63,828 nt of DNA, filler included, from Choristocarpus tenellus KU-1152 (GCA_964200185.2; 10 parts of 10 records of this genome joined end to end with filler, not necessarily neighbours in it), one strand, 5' to 3'. Shown: positions 23,735 to 37,400, counted from the whole stretch's first letter. The notes: generated from the letters alone by a model not told the origin. Translations and numbers: made by a program.

Positions 23735-24609
23735 CTCTTCAAGGTCTTCGGCTCCCCCGTCCAAGTCACCCGTATCCATGCGAGCCTTGCCCCTCCAGAA
23801 TCGTGCCTTGGCACTTTGAGGATCCATTTCAATGGCTTCGCTCGCCCGTACCACTGCCTGTGTCGCCCTCGACCCCCCAGGGGCTGAGGAACGCAGGAGG
23901 CACTGACACAGGTTGAGCAGGACAGGGAGCTTGGCCGCAAAGAGCTCTCCCCGATGCTTGTCACTGAAGTCAAACTGAACTTGCATGTCATCGAAATCTA
24001 TGTGATAGAGCGCCCTGAGAGTGCGCAGCAGAGAGTAATACGGTCATATTGATGTGATCTAAACTTCTATCCTTTAGATGGTGGTTAGGTGTGGTTAGGG
24101 CTGACTATTGTGGACCTGGTGGCATGGTTCAGTGCACGTTATTTCGTTTGAAGACGTGCCTCTGACCAGCACATAGGCAAGGGGACTTACAACACGATTG
24201 TACATCACAAGGTAAAGAATATAGGATGTTAGGTGTGGTTGGGAGGTTAATGATGAAGTCAAGTTGGGACAGGGCAAGATAGTCCATTCAGGTGTGCTGA
24301 GTATCATCTGCACCGTTCGTATGCCTTGACAGCATCCTCCATACAACCACGCTTAAAGCATTCATTTCCAAGCTGTCGGAGCTCGGCAGCAGACGCCAAG
24401 CGCTCCTCGAACACGTACGATTTCTCCTATGAACAGTTGGTTCAACAGTCCAGGCGGCAAAAACCAGAGGGGTAAAGGACAGGAGAAGCAAAAAATGAGC
24501 AACAGTATGACTTGGTACCACGTGCTTAAGTCCCCTCTCACTCTACCAGAAGCAAGCAATCAGGTCAAACCTTGGTGAGGGGATCGTCATTGGCCGTGTT
24601 TGTTGCCAT
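23735..24609 (-). CDS. TPR-domain protein (FKBP/Cyp40-type TPR triad), 3'-incomplete. Exons 24609-24571, 24426-24314, 24014-23735
   Basis: Phase-consistent GT-AG joins give MATNTANDDPLTK|EKSYVFEERLASAAELRQLGNECFKRGCMEDAVKAYER|ALYHIDF...LLNLCQCLL...AIEMDPQSAKARFWRGKARMDTGDLDGGAEDLEE. Confidence 0.85.
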
Positions 24610-24743
24610 TATTGAACTGCCTTCCTTTCCAACTTGAACTGCCCAACCTGGGGCACCTCAGGATGCCCCAGAGCGTAGTCTGGTTCAGATATATCTTGTT
24701 TTTGAACCTTAATAAGTGTCGATGACACATTTCACAAACCAAC

Positions 24744-27700
24744 ATGGCAAGCCCACAGTCACCCTTCCGTGCCGACTGTTTGGTAGGCAAGGTTGCACTA
24801 GTCACAGGAGGAGGCTCTGGCATCGGATATGAGATTACCAGACAGCTCGGTAAGATCATCAATTCATCCCATACGCTACACTAACTCTATCCCCTTCTTG
24901 CCTCACTTTCCGCAATTGTTCATCAATCGCACCCATTCTTAATCGCCTATAATCACACACAAATGCTTCCTCCTCTTGCTCTTGCGCCGTGATCCTCTTG
25001 GTGGCGTCAAAGGTTATCCGGTATTGCTTGTAAGATGGGGTGTGTCTTATCTACTTCCCCATTACACGACCACAACCCAGTACATCTACTCTTCTTTCTC
25101 ATGCCCTTCCAATTATATTTGAACACAATTCGGTAATGCCCCTTGGAATGAAGGATTGCATGGAGCCAAGGTGGTCATCATGGGCAGACGAGAGAAGTTT
25201 CTTGCTAAGGCGGTGCACTCTCTACATTCAGATGGCGTGGATGCCGCGCTTGTACAAGGGGACGTGAGGTGAGGTTTACACCAATAGCCGCCTTACGAAG
25301 AATGGTTAAATGAGTCGTTTCTCTGTTTGAAGACCGCCGTGTTGTTTTATGTGCTGACGATGTGAATTCGGTTCTTGCTAGAAACCTTTCGTCTGTCTGC
25401 ATGTGTGTGGAAAGGCAGCCCTACGTGAGGCAGGTAATCTCTGCCCACCTTCTCACAACATCCAAGGCTGTAAGCGACGGGAAATAGGATTCGCCTCCTG
25501 TTGGATAATACGTCGCTCTATTGATGCGGGACCCCTTTAAATCCTCTTGATGTGGACAAGGTCTTCGGAGAGTGCGGAGGCAGCTGTCGCGTTTGCTGTC
25601 AAACGCTACGGTGGACTGGATATCCTTGTGAACGGTGCCGCAGGAAACTTCCTGGCGAACGCAAACGAACTAAAGCTCAAGGTAACTACTCCCCCCTTTC
25701 TTCAATCACCAACTTTTCCAAGAGTTACCCAGTATTTCGTTTTTATCCTTTTCCGCGCTCAATCAAGTACGTGGCAAAAGCAATTATTTACTGCATGATC
25801 ACTGTTGCACAAGCCTGAACTACAATCAGGGATACTACAACTTCACTCAATATTAGTACTATGACTTCCTGCATTAATTTCAGGTATAAGGAGAAATGTT
25901 AAACATTTATTACCAATGTCAGGATATCCCACACAAACTACGTTATGTGAGGACCCCCCAAATTTAGAAAAAATCCTTGCTTTGGAGGTTGGACTGATGA
26001 GTCAATGGTTATAACCAAGGTTTTACTTCTGCGCAAAGTGTCTTGACAAAGTGGCCCCCACCCCATTTCCTGAACCACAATACAAGAACAGATGCACTGA
26101 TTCGCCCAACCTTCATATACCACCCATGCAGTTGTTAAACTTATCCACTTCCTCTCCCCCAATGTTGATCCATTGATGCGGACCCCCTAGCCTTATACAA
26201 TTTGGAGGCAGTAGCTCAGAAGGCATGCTTATAAGAGTAGGACAGGACACATTGTCTTGAGATGATGAATGCAGTAGAAAAGCTGTCAAAAGTTGTTGTG
26301 CGACCTGAGAAACCAAATGAACTGTCATCTATTGTACCCATGGAATATATTTATTCACTGTCTCTGCTCTGCTCGACAGCCCTAACATTTCTCACCCCCT
26401 CCAACCCTCACCCCCACCCTGAAAACTTGGAAAAGGGTTTCAAGACAGTCATGGAAATAGATACAGTGGGAGTGTTCAACATGAGCAGCGCAGCGTTCAA
26501 AGCTCTCAGTCGTCCAGAGTCTGGTCATAGTAAAATTGGAGGCAGCTTCTCAACGATAATCAATATCAGCATGACCCTCCACTATGGTGCAACATGGTAC
26601 CAGGCTCATGCCTCTGCTGCCAAGGCAGCAATTGACTCTCTGACCAGGTCTGCTTTCCCACCCCTCTCTCCTCCACCTCCTCACCACAAAAACAAAAATG
26701 TTCCTGAAAGATTTGGGGTTGCCGTGTTGTGGCAAGATATTTTTTGGGAAACAGTGGGCAGAAGCAAGGTACATCCTTTTGTCAACCTTCAGTATGGTCC
26801 CTATGAAAATACTACCTAGTATATCGGTTATTTTTGTATCTATTTAAACTTACATGGTGTGTAGAGGAGATCTCCATTTCTAGTTTTATGTGGCTATCAC
26901 AATAGTGACTGTGACGTGGAACGAGATAAGGGTTCATTCAACCCACAGTACCCTTCTACATGACATGGTAATATTTTTTGTTTAATTGTGGTCTGGATTG
27001 CTGGGCTCTGTTGATGCTCTATGGCACTGGAGGTTGCTTTTGATTGAGTAGACAAAGAGCTCAATATTGGTTAAAACAATTTTTGGATGAAGCAGTGATT
27101 GGACAGATGCATATTACTATTGTGTATTGTCCCACAGAGGGCGACACACAGAGTGAGTCAACTCCTGGTGTATAGTGCAGTGGCAATAAAGTCATACCCA
27201 TGCACTAGAGAAGGGAATTTCCCTGCCTTGCCCTTGCAGAATTAACATTATGTAGTACTCCTCCTCATTGCCATTCCCTGTTTCCCCCGTATTTTTTCTG
27301 CCATCTGTTAACTCTGATGGACACCCCACCCCCCAGTAGAACCCTCTCTCTAGTCTAGGGTCTGGTTAGTGGTTGAACTGAAGAGGAGTTGATTTTCCTT
27401 CCAATGCTTGGTCTCTCACTCTTCCTGCACCAGTTCATCCCGACTACACATTCGTTCATTCATCTGTGCTGCATTCAAACCTTTTTTCTCTTCCCCCACA
27501 TATAGAACCCTTGCTTTGGAGTGGGGTATGCATGGCATTCGAGTCAACGGCATCGCTCCAGGTCCCATTGCTGACACCCCAGGCATGACAAAGCTGGGAG
27601 TGGGGATTGGTCCTGGGGATACGTCTAGTGTTGCCAAGGATAAGGTGAGGCTTATGTTGCAGACTAGTCAGTATTGTTGTTTGTTGCCTCTGTGTGTCAC

Positions 27701-28529
27701 AATGTACCTCTGGCATGCACTACAGGATTGCTGGAGTAGCAACCACAGGGAAGATTACAATGCTGTTGGGATGTACAGGGCCTGCTGTAGGAGGGCCTAT
27801 AGTTCCTAGTTACAAAGTTTGTTTAATTTTTGCCTATTTTTATTTGTCGAGCTATCCATCGCACTTTTATGGAAGATAGATGCAGACGTAGATGAAAAGG
27901 TTGGGTGTAGTAAAAATGATGGAGAGGTTTCATGCCCTCAGAACTCTTAAGCCAGAAACTCGATCATGCTACGAGTCTTTGCAAGAGTATGGTCTCAGCT
28001 TCTATCTTCAAATAGCTGTGGACACCGAAGTGAGAACATGGAGGGATAACATATCCTTACATTCATCCCCTTGTGTATACTAAACCTGAACTTCTGATCC
28101 TTATTCTGGTTGTGTGCTCAACCACCTGAGATACATCAACACACTTCTGTCAACCTCTTCTGCCCCACGATCATTATCACGGCAAATCTATGACCCGTCT
28201 AGTCAATTTTGTTTAGTACCATAGTGAGTTTTGTATGATACCAAAACAAGTTATCCTCTTAGTCAGACTCCCCATATTTCCATGCTTTCCCAATGTCTAC
28301 ACTTGTTCAGGTGCCTCTTGGACGCATGGGTACCACATTCGACATCGGAATGGGGGCCGTGTTTCTTTGTAGTGAGGCCGCGGCATTTGTATCTGGTGAT
28401 ACCCTTATAGTGGACGGGGCGGAGTGGTTGTACAAACCACCCCTCCTCCCCCCCAAGGCTGTCAGTGAGATGTCACGGGCTGTGGAGGGGAGGAGCCGGG
28501 CTATGGGGGCTCCGAGAAGCAAATTGTGA
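24744..28529 (+). CDS. DECR2: Peroxisomal 2,4-dienoyl-CoA reductase (SDR family). Exons 24744-24849, 25154-25268, 25561-25681, 26436-26647, 27506-27644, 28311-28529
   Basis: TGGGSGIG Rossmann motif, [23 protein letters not shown] (H in place of the catalytic Y, typical of DECR2/SPS19), IAPGPI, and C-terminal SKL PTS1. Splice phases are consistent. Confidence 0.95.
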
Positions 28530-30249
28530 CTACTCCTTTGCTCACCCCCCCAACTGAACGTAGTAAAGTGATGACGGTCAAGGCGCTAGGTTGAGGTGGA
28601 TGGAAGGAGAGCTGAGTGTAATATTTGTTCAAGGTAGAAACAGATCGCTTGTGTCAACCAAACAGTGATGGTCACGATATAATATGTGTGTGTGTGTTTG
28701 TAGAGGTTGGGGTGAGGACTGCTCTGAATAAGGTTTTTGTCTGACACGCACCTTCCACTTGCCTCTTGGACACTATTCTTGTTCATTCTGTACGCTTAGT
28801 ATACCTTGTATTATCTGACCAGAGATACAAATACTGAGGTTGGGGGTGGTGGGATTGGGCTAGCAGAGTAGCTGCACCCTGACGACTGGTAGCATGGGAG
28901 GGACTTTGTTGTTGGTTGCGAATATCATTTAAGTGGTGAATAGCGGTTTGTTTAGAAACAGATTGATTTCCTGTGGTTGCAACCTATACACTCTTTTTCT
29001 TGTATTAGGTTTTTCAGGACTTGGAACCACCATGGATGGTAGTGGATGTCTTAGCAAGACAGATTCTGCAACTTGCTTCCAGACAGAGAGCTCCTGCCAA
29101 ATGTTGCCAATCCAATCCTTTCACTTGGCAACACCGGTGCTTAATTTTTTTTTTTCCTAAGTGGAACTACCCTAGAAGTTGCAAAGTTGTGCTGCATTCC
29201 AAAATATTTTGCAATAGTGGAATCTCTCTTCACAACCATATCTAGATCAGGTATGAGGGGTCAATTAGGGGTGTTATTGAAGGATGCAGCACAAGTTTGG
29301 AAATATCCTTGTGGTGACCAGTCTTTGTGAGGGTGGTGGCATTGATATGAGTTTGTGGTTTGTCTACAAGGATAAGAGTCTACCAAACAGTTTGCACTCA
29401 GTTTGTAGTGTGTTTTAGTTGCAGAGATAAGACTTAAACCTGCAAAGTAGATCCTGAGACATACTGATTGTAGTGTGGACGGCATACCCTGTTCATATTT
29501 TCTTACTGAGATCAAAGAGATGAACCATCTAGTGTCAATGAGCAACACTACCGTGGAGTATAGTGTAGATGGCATACTTCTATTCACTAGAGTACATGCC
29601 TGTCTGTTTGCCTGTGGTGCTTTGAACTGAATGTTCAGATGTGTCTCACCCACAGTGCAGTAGTGCACAGTCTATAACACTATGATTGCTGTTACTATCC
29701 AGGACAACCATCCCACATGAACATAAACCCCAAGCCAGTCACCAAACTCACGAAGCCCCCTCCAATTCCTCCAGCTGAGTCGTTACAACCCAACCTTAAC
29801 CCTAAGTTGGCACCATAGTAGATGATTCCGTTCTACCTATAGTTCTGGCTTAGTGTGCTTTCCTAAGGAGGTCCAGTAGCCGAACAGAGGCTATGGTGTG
29901 AATATTATTTCAACAATGAGCAAAATATCTACTACAGTAGTAGTTGTAGTAGTAGTATTTGCACTGCAACCATGACAAAAGGGAAGGGAAGAGATTGAGA
30001 CAAGCGACAGATACTCTTCCTGACAAGTCTCCCTTCTTCATGTAGATTGTTTGAATTGTGAGACAATAAATCCACTGAAGGCACCAGGCATTGCAAGCAG
30101 GGACCAAGGATGTCTGTACTGTGATCATTGTACTGTGCTGATGCTAACAGGAAATATTTAGGCAATGCCAATCTCAGGAACGGAAAAATAGCATCCATCT
30201 ACCTCGTTGTTACCTCTAGAGTTGTCAGTGGGCATGAGCATCCCCTTCC

Positions 30250-33068
30250 TCAACCTTTCCTTGGTGTTGGCATGGTTGTACTTATTCCTACATCAGGGTC
30301 CCATTTGAAACCCCAGTCTTTTTGCCCAATTCAGCACTCAAACAAAATCACACCCCGTTATCGGAGGTCTCTTGCAAAGTGCTGTGGTCTAGGTATACTT
30401 GTGTGTGAAGGGCAAGACGTAAGGTTAAAGCAATGGGAGACTCCAAAGAGAGATACTAATGCAAAAGCATAATCCAAAACAGCAGGGCATGTCCATGTAC
30501 AAAAAAAATAGGGTGCCTCAGGTGTACTCACTATACACGTACATTTGCTGACATCTTACAAAAAAAACAAACATTATACAATGGATCGCCCCATGCCAGC
30601 ACACACACACACAAGGAATCAGGCACAGATGCTGACTGCAAAACTAAAAAGGGACTACAGTCCTTATACCAAAACTTGCTTTTCCACGCCTTCCACCACC
30701 TCAGGTTGGACCATCCAGTCCCCTACATTCAAAATCAACCCTCCCCTCCACTTGGTTCAATCCTCCCCAATCACACATACCTACTTCATCTCTTTCCCCA
30801 GGAAGGGCAGGGTGATCAGAGGAATGCAAACCCAATTCGACAGCAGTTAATACAGCCTCCTGTTGTCCCCCCTCCTCAGTCCCACCAACTCCACCCTGGC
30901 TAAGCTCATTGCTGAGGTGGCTTTTCACATTCCCACCAACATTACGATCAACACCAACACCCTCCAAAAGAAGGGAAAACCCTCCCGGTTCATCTGCCAC
31001 GTCTTGTGGGCAATGTTGGTGCCCATCATCAATCTGAACAGGTCGTCGTCGGGCACGCTGTCGCTGGAGGTCCTGCCAGGAGGAAAGGAAGAGCATAGGA
31101 GTGAAGGGAGGAAGGGGGCTGAAGGGAGGGAGGAGGCAGCAGCAAATAGCAGTCTGTTGCGCACTGTAGGTTGCAATGTCACAGCTTTTACCTAGGCAAT
31201 ATATACATATACGCACCACGATTCCTGGATGCAAAACCTAATATAACAGTACATGGGATAGGACCAAGTTCAAATCTTGCATAGAACAGGGCATCACAGA
31301 AATGACCATCAAAATTGTAATAGTCCTATCAACGTGTCATACTATGCCATTGGAACACAGGAATCAAATCTAATAACAAGAGGGGGCGATCAATTAATGG
31401 ACTGAAGGGACGTCAAAATGTAAAGGCATGCCAAGTTCCCCCTGATCAACACATCTACAGACAGAGAAGTAACCAAAATTGATCAGGAAGATTCTTCATG
31501 GACAACTAACACAGAAGAAAACGGTGCAGCTTACAAAAGCTGAAACATCAAGACAAAACTCCTCTTTTTTAGCACGGTGAAAGTGATGCATGCAAATCAT
31601 TCTTGGCAGTGCATGATTTGAACAAACCTTGATTCTCGCCTCCTCGCGCTTGACTGGAGTCAAATTTTCTCGGCGGAGGCGAGCCCGTTCACGGTCCTTT
31701 GCCTGACAACAAAAACACAACAGTACAGTTGTGGGCAACAAAGTATCAGTGCATATATAAAACAAAGCCTAAACACACCAATGATCGTTGGCACGAGGCG
31801 TATGAGGCATTGATGTGATTCGAAGTAAGTGGTCAAGTTCATCACCAGTCCACACATACAAAATTTCTGTACACAGTGTCAAATATTGAGGCAATGCAGG
31901 GTAACAACAAAGATTTTGCATTTCTGGGAAATCTTCAAGAATATGCACACCCCTGTCATCCACATCACAAGATGGTCAACAGTAAAGTGGGGAAGGGGAC
32001 GATATCGGGATCCTTAGAGCAAGCCCGCTTTGCGCAATGTAATGAGGTAGTGGGTAACACTCTCGAAGTGGGGGGAATAATCATCCTCTGTATCTGTACC
32101 CTCTGTATTTGAAGTGCCTCTCCAGTCAGTGAAGCACGTCTGATTTTGGAAGCTATTCTTGCCTTGGTCTGCAAGCAGGAGCAGCAGGGGGAGGAGGGTG
32201 GGTGCACGGGTTTCTTGCCTTGTACGTTTGGACACATACATCTAGTGTATCGTGGCATTTGTTAGGTCAAGATAGACAATCGGGTGCACATACTGTGGCA
32301 AAGATACGAACATCATCCAGTCATCTCCATGTGACAGGAGCACCCATTCAAGATTGGGCCTGACTAGAGGCCATTGGTGACTATCTCACGAGATTCTATC
32401 ATGCGAGCATCACCTTGATAGGAAAGACTGTGTTCTGACCTAATCCTAGCCCAAGGTTTGATTGACTGCCTTCAATAATTTGTCGAACTTTTTGACTCGC
32501 CTTAATCTCCTCTGCTCGCTGATGGCTAAGTCGCTCCCTGTATCTTCGTTGGCGCTCTCTAGCTTTGGTCCTACTTACCTGTACGACAAAGAAGGTACGC
32601 GTTTCGGGATACATGGGAAGAAGAGTATGGTTCCCTAAACCACAAGGAGTTCTAGAGAGATTACCAGTGCCCTGAGCCTGCGCTTCAGATATCCTTCGAT
32701 ATTCCTTCAAGGTAACAGTACGTAACAGTAGAAGCACTGGGAGTTGTACTTCATAGGTTGTCCGAGGGTTTCACGAAGGGGTGTCATGACTCTTCCATCC
32801 TTACCTCTCGACGATTAATCTCTTGGTTGAGCGTAGAGATGTTTGCAGGGTATATGCATGAACGACCCCGACCCTTCAGTTGATGAGACTCAGGTTTGTC
32901 TATTGGCTGGTGGATGGCCTCTGTTGCACGCTGGTGTTGGGTTACTGCGAGTGGGAAAGAAACAACTGAAGGAGGAAGAGGGAACGGAGTCTCCGAAAGT
33001 GAGGTCATGTCAAAACCCACCAAGGCGGACGCGTCTAGGTCTTCACTTTCCATCTCCCAACTGACCAT
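30250..33068 (-). CDS. Protein with four basic 23-aa repeats (STPR-like, putative DNA binding). Exons 33068-32805, 32578-32501, 32168-32100, 31702-31628, 31072-about 30781, tentative last exon 30287-30250
   Basis: Phase-0 small exons join to ...REVSRTKARERQRRYRER LSHQRAEEIKTKARIASKIRRAS LTGEALQIQRAKDRERARLRREN LTPVKREEARIKDLQRQRARRRP. One donor is GC (AAG|GCGAGT). Confidence 0.75.
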
Positions 33069-33313
33069 GGTTGCACCTGAGAAGGTCAAGGTCCTACACA
33101 ATTCAAGCAATAAAATGGGTTGATGGTTGTTCGTTGTCTTCAATGTGTGAGTGGGAATATCTGACATCTAATGCTGGTTCTAACAAGAAAATATAATAAA
33201 ACAATGTCATGCCCTCTTCAACTGACACCTTTCCATCAACTTCGTATTAAGCCCTACCCACGTCAAAGTTTTAATCGCACTACCTTATCCGGGGAGGATT
33301 TCCTGGCAAGGGG

Positions 33314-36182
33314 GATGGAGGAATCATTCTTGTCTCTCGAAGAAGAGGAGATGATGGCCCAAAAGGACGCCGCGCTTGATCTTGTTAGAGATCTCGAGGA
33401 AAAGGTACATTTTGATTGATTTCTGTTTTGGAGGATTGGTTTGGTCTCGTGATGTGAAGAAACATCCACTTGTAGATCGTGGGATAATTAGGTTGTTGTA
33501 CTTCGATAAGGATTACGCCTTTGACACGGGGTTAGAGAGCATGGCCATGTTTTGAACCCGGCGTCATGTATTGAAAACATTTTCTGTCACAGATACGCAC
33601 CCAAACGGAGACATACGATACAAGGACCGAGGCTGCGGAGGTGGGAAGGCTGCAGGCAAGTACAATGCCACTAAATCATAGATTCTCACAGCTTTCTGAA
33701 CAACCCGTAAGGTTTAAGGAAAAGAGATAATCGCTAAAATGGGGACTATCTACCCTGTGAGGGAGCATATCTGGAAGTGTTACTGCCATCTCGAAAGTTG
33801 AATGCTTACTTTGTAACTCCATGTACCAGGTAAGTTTTATCACCATGTATATGCGATGGATTGACTCCGCCAGCGAACCGAGCTTGTATAGTAGACTGCA
33901 GCAGAACTTCGCGAACATCGTCCCAACCTAACCCCCATACAGGCGAAACTCAAGATGAACCACCTCCTTCAGGAAGGAGAAAAGAGCGCTCAGAAACTTC
34001 GCATACAGGCATCGTTTATCACGTGGGGTTGGCTGGGTGGGGTCATCGTTGGCTGGGTGGCGGCTCTTTTGACTGGAGGTCTCTTCTCTCCTGTTCTAGG
34101 GTTCATGCTGGTACGAGCTTTTTGTGCACGTATGTTTTCTCTGTAACAGAAAGCAGTCTCGCCTATTCTCCCTCCTGTGCTCCACATGTTTGGGGTCTTC
34201 ACCTTCTGTAGGTACGTTAAAAATACCAGGCAATTGTAGTAGTAATACACCTTTTCAAAATCCTTGTGGTCAAAGGGCGGTACACTCCTCACGAGGTAGA
34301 GCATGCTGCCGCATTATCTTGTGGTTTTTACTACTGGGTGTTTCCAAGGAAGCACGATTGGTTGGCTTGTGGAACCAAGTATGGTGTACAGCCCACATGT
34401 ACTGTTTCGAAGCATTGGTGTGTGTGTCAGATAAGTGGACTTGTGCTTAACCACTGGAGGAGAATCCACCCTCTGCAATATATCTTTGTATTCCAAGTAG
34501 TTCTTGCTTCCTACTAGGAGAGCAATCAACAAGGTAAAAAAGGAGTGCTTCAGCGAAACAGATTGATATCCGAACACATCTTATCCTCTGTAACACGCCA
34601 TCATTTCCCATATTAGTGATTCTTCCTTGAAGCTATGTATCTTCTTTGTTCAAGGAGGAATAATATGGTAACCCCAAATCAAGTGTGAGGACTTACCTTC
34701 CCCTACTATACCATGTTGGATCAAAAATAGGGGTGGGACGTTTGCTTTTTAGACAAGAGAGTTGATTTGCACTATGGCATATTTATGGCATATTTATGGC
34801 CACTTTCACCTCATTTTTGTTGGCTCCTTTGTTGGCCTTGGATTCTCCTGTTGTTGTCAATGCTGGTGGTGCTTCATTTCTGCATTTCTGCATGACATGA
34901 ACAGCAGATAGTACCATTTCCATCAATAGAACAGAAGAAATGTAGTTGCCATCAGCCTTGTAGGATCGGAATTATTGTAGTGGGGTCATTTTCTAATCTC
35001 AAGTCTCCGGCGATACATGCTATTGGCCAGTTGTGGCTCCCAGTCGATTGCTTGAGGTTTGACCTTTCGAAGGGGTTACAAATTCGCTGCACTTTCTTTT
35101 TTTTCAGTGCAAAATTGGAAGGCGTACCTCCTCCAGACCAGTCCTTTGAAAGGAGAAAAAGTTCCTGTTGGACCAAGTACGTACTGCATTGAATAGAGAT
35201 TCCATGAGGTGGGGGTTGCACTAAAGAGTGCATAACATGGGATGCCCTGTGCACACATCTCAATGATATAATACCAAATCTAGGGGCTTTGAAAGAAACA
35301 GCTTCTAGTCACCACATCGCTTTTTACTTTATAGTATTCATGATGATCGTGTGCAGAATATATACTCATGTGGCAGTGTTTAGCTTTTTGATTGTGTATT
35401 TTCAACATTACCTGCCAGAAGGGGTTGCTTCATTACTCCCACCGTGAACCACCATTCCACTTTGAAGAACCAATTCTCCCTCCCCCTGTCCTTGACCTAA
35501 CCCAGACCAAACCAAACCAAATCAATGAAAGGCCCGTTGTACCGCCTTCCATCGTTTGCAGGTCCTTCCTTGTACTTCGCTGGGACTCATGTGTGGCCTT
35601 GGTTGTCACCTCCTTAGTGACAAGATGGATTGGAGACAGGATGGAAAGGTAAGTCAAGGAAGAAATACTCCCACACATGTTGGCGTGGGGGAGGGAGGAG
35701 GGGGGAATGGGCAGGAGAGGATATAGTATGATTCTGCATGCCATGGATAGTACAATTGTGTTTTACACGAATGTGTCATTTTAAGCATTGGATGAAATGC
35801 AATCATTTTGCAGTCCATTGTGCTGACAGACTTGCACTAGGTTGACCCTTGGGTACTACAGTACATGGTCTTCGTTTGGGGGGAAATAGGAGTAAGGAAG
35901 TTGTGATAGGGCAGTGGCTTGGTGGAGAACGTTTCGTGGGCAGAGCAGTGCATTTTACAACAGCAGTGTAGAGGTTGACTTGATTTATGCTCACAACCTA
36001 GACCACCTTGCTGCCTTTTCACCACAAATAGGGTGAGTTGGACATGAGGGACAGGGATGTAGAGGAATTCTTGCTACAGCTTGGGGCACTACCTGACAAT
36101 TCCTGGCATATAGTGAAAGGGGAGCAAGGGAGAGGTGGCAGAGACCAGAGGCGCACAACCGCCTTTGCATATTTGTCATCAA
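33314..36182 (+). CDS. Multi-exon gene of unknown function with acidic coiled-coil-like N-terminus; downstream exon structure uncertain
   Basis: MEESFLSLEEEEMMAQKDAALDLVRDLEEK|IRTQTETYDTRTEAAE|EGEKSAQKLRIQ from AG/GT-bounded exons; further candidate exons near 35108-35176, 35562-35648 and 36032 onward. Confidence 0.55.
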
Positions 36183-36282
36183 NNNNNNNNNNNNNNNNNN
36201 NNNNNNNNNNNNNNNNNNNNNNNNNNTTAATTAATTAANNNNNNNNNNNNNNNNNNNNNNNNNNNNNNNNNNNNNNNNNNNN

Positions 36283-36441
36283 GGGGGGGATTCTACACCA
36301 GGGTGTCCATTTGACCAAAATCAGGAAAAAAGTGTATTTACATTATCCATCCGACGTATGGAATCAAATCACCCAAAAATCGTGATATGAAAAAATTGAT
36401 CCCAAATGGACAGCCGCCACCCCCCCCAGATACTTTGAGCC
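36283..36441 (+). mobile_element. MITE copy with left TIR lost at the contig break
   Basis: Reverse complement of 42077-42248 over nearly its whole length. Confidence 0.85.
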
Positions 36442-37400
36442 TCATTTGGAGCAGTCAGATGTGTTAGTTCACTTGAGGTACAATACTTGAGGTTATTGTT
36501 AATCTGACTAAAGTTAAAGTGTATCAAAGCCAATGCAAGCACTGCCAAAATATAACATTTTATAACCCACTCTTTTCGTTCCATTTGGACAAGTTTCCAA
36601 GCACTTTGACAATGCATGCCTTCAACACCTTCCGTTATCAACAGCCACTTATTATTCTCAATTTCGTAAACCAACACTCACCATACTAACCTTCCTGCAA
36701 TCACCAAACCTAACACCATACTTCAACTCATCCACAACTCTGTTTGTACAAGCTCTTCTTTGAACATAACTGGCAACTACCTCTAACCATATCGTAAGCC
36801 CCGGGTTCCAGTTAAATATAGGATTCACCATCCTTAACCCTATGGTCACAAAGCAATCACAGCACGTACATACCCTAACCTTGCTACCATAACCACTACT
36901 GGATAATATGTGAACATGTCTTCTCACCAAATCCACTCTTTACACCACAATGTGGACATGGGTCGATTTCTTCCCCAATCCAAAGCGCAATTCCTAAACC
37001 TAACCTCAAACTCTACTTACACTGTATATAATCTTTTGTTCTAAAACCATTACACAAACTGCAATCACATTGCAAGCCTTCAATTTGGAACATGTAAAAA
37101 GCAACCTCTGCATCACACAAACATCTCACACCTTACATTAACTTTACAAAGGGCATGGGTCGCACCCCCCCAGCCTAACTTCCCCTAACCCTTACCCCAA
37201 CCCTTGCCCTAGGCTAGGCCCATATACAAACCATGACACACAAACCATCAACCAACACGAACCCTATTGTCCAATATCCGTCCCTGTGACACGCTCGACC
37301 TTCATCATGCTAGCCTAAGACACCCTGTCTTCAGGAATTCCCACTGTCCTACTTTTTTCACACTTCTTCAAACAAAGCTTAAGGTTATTTGTCACACACA

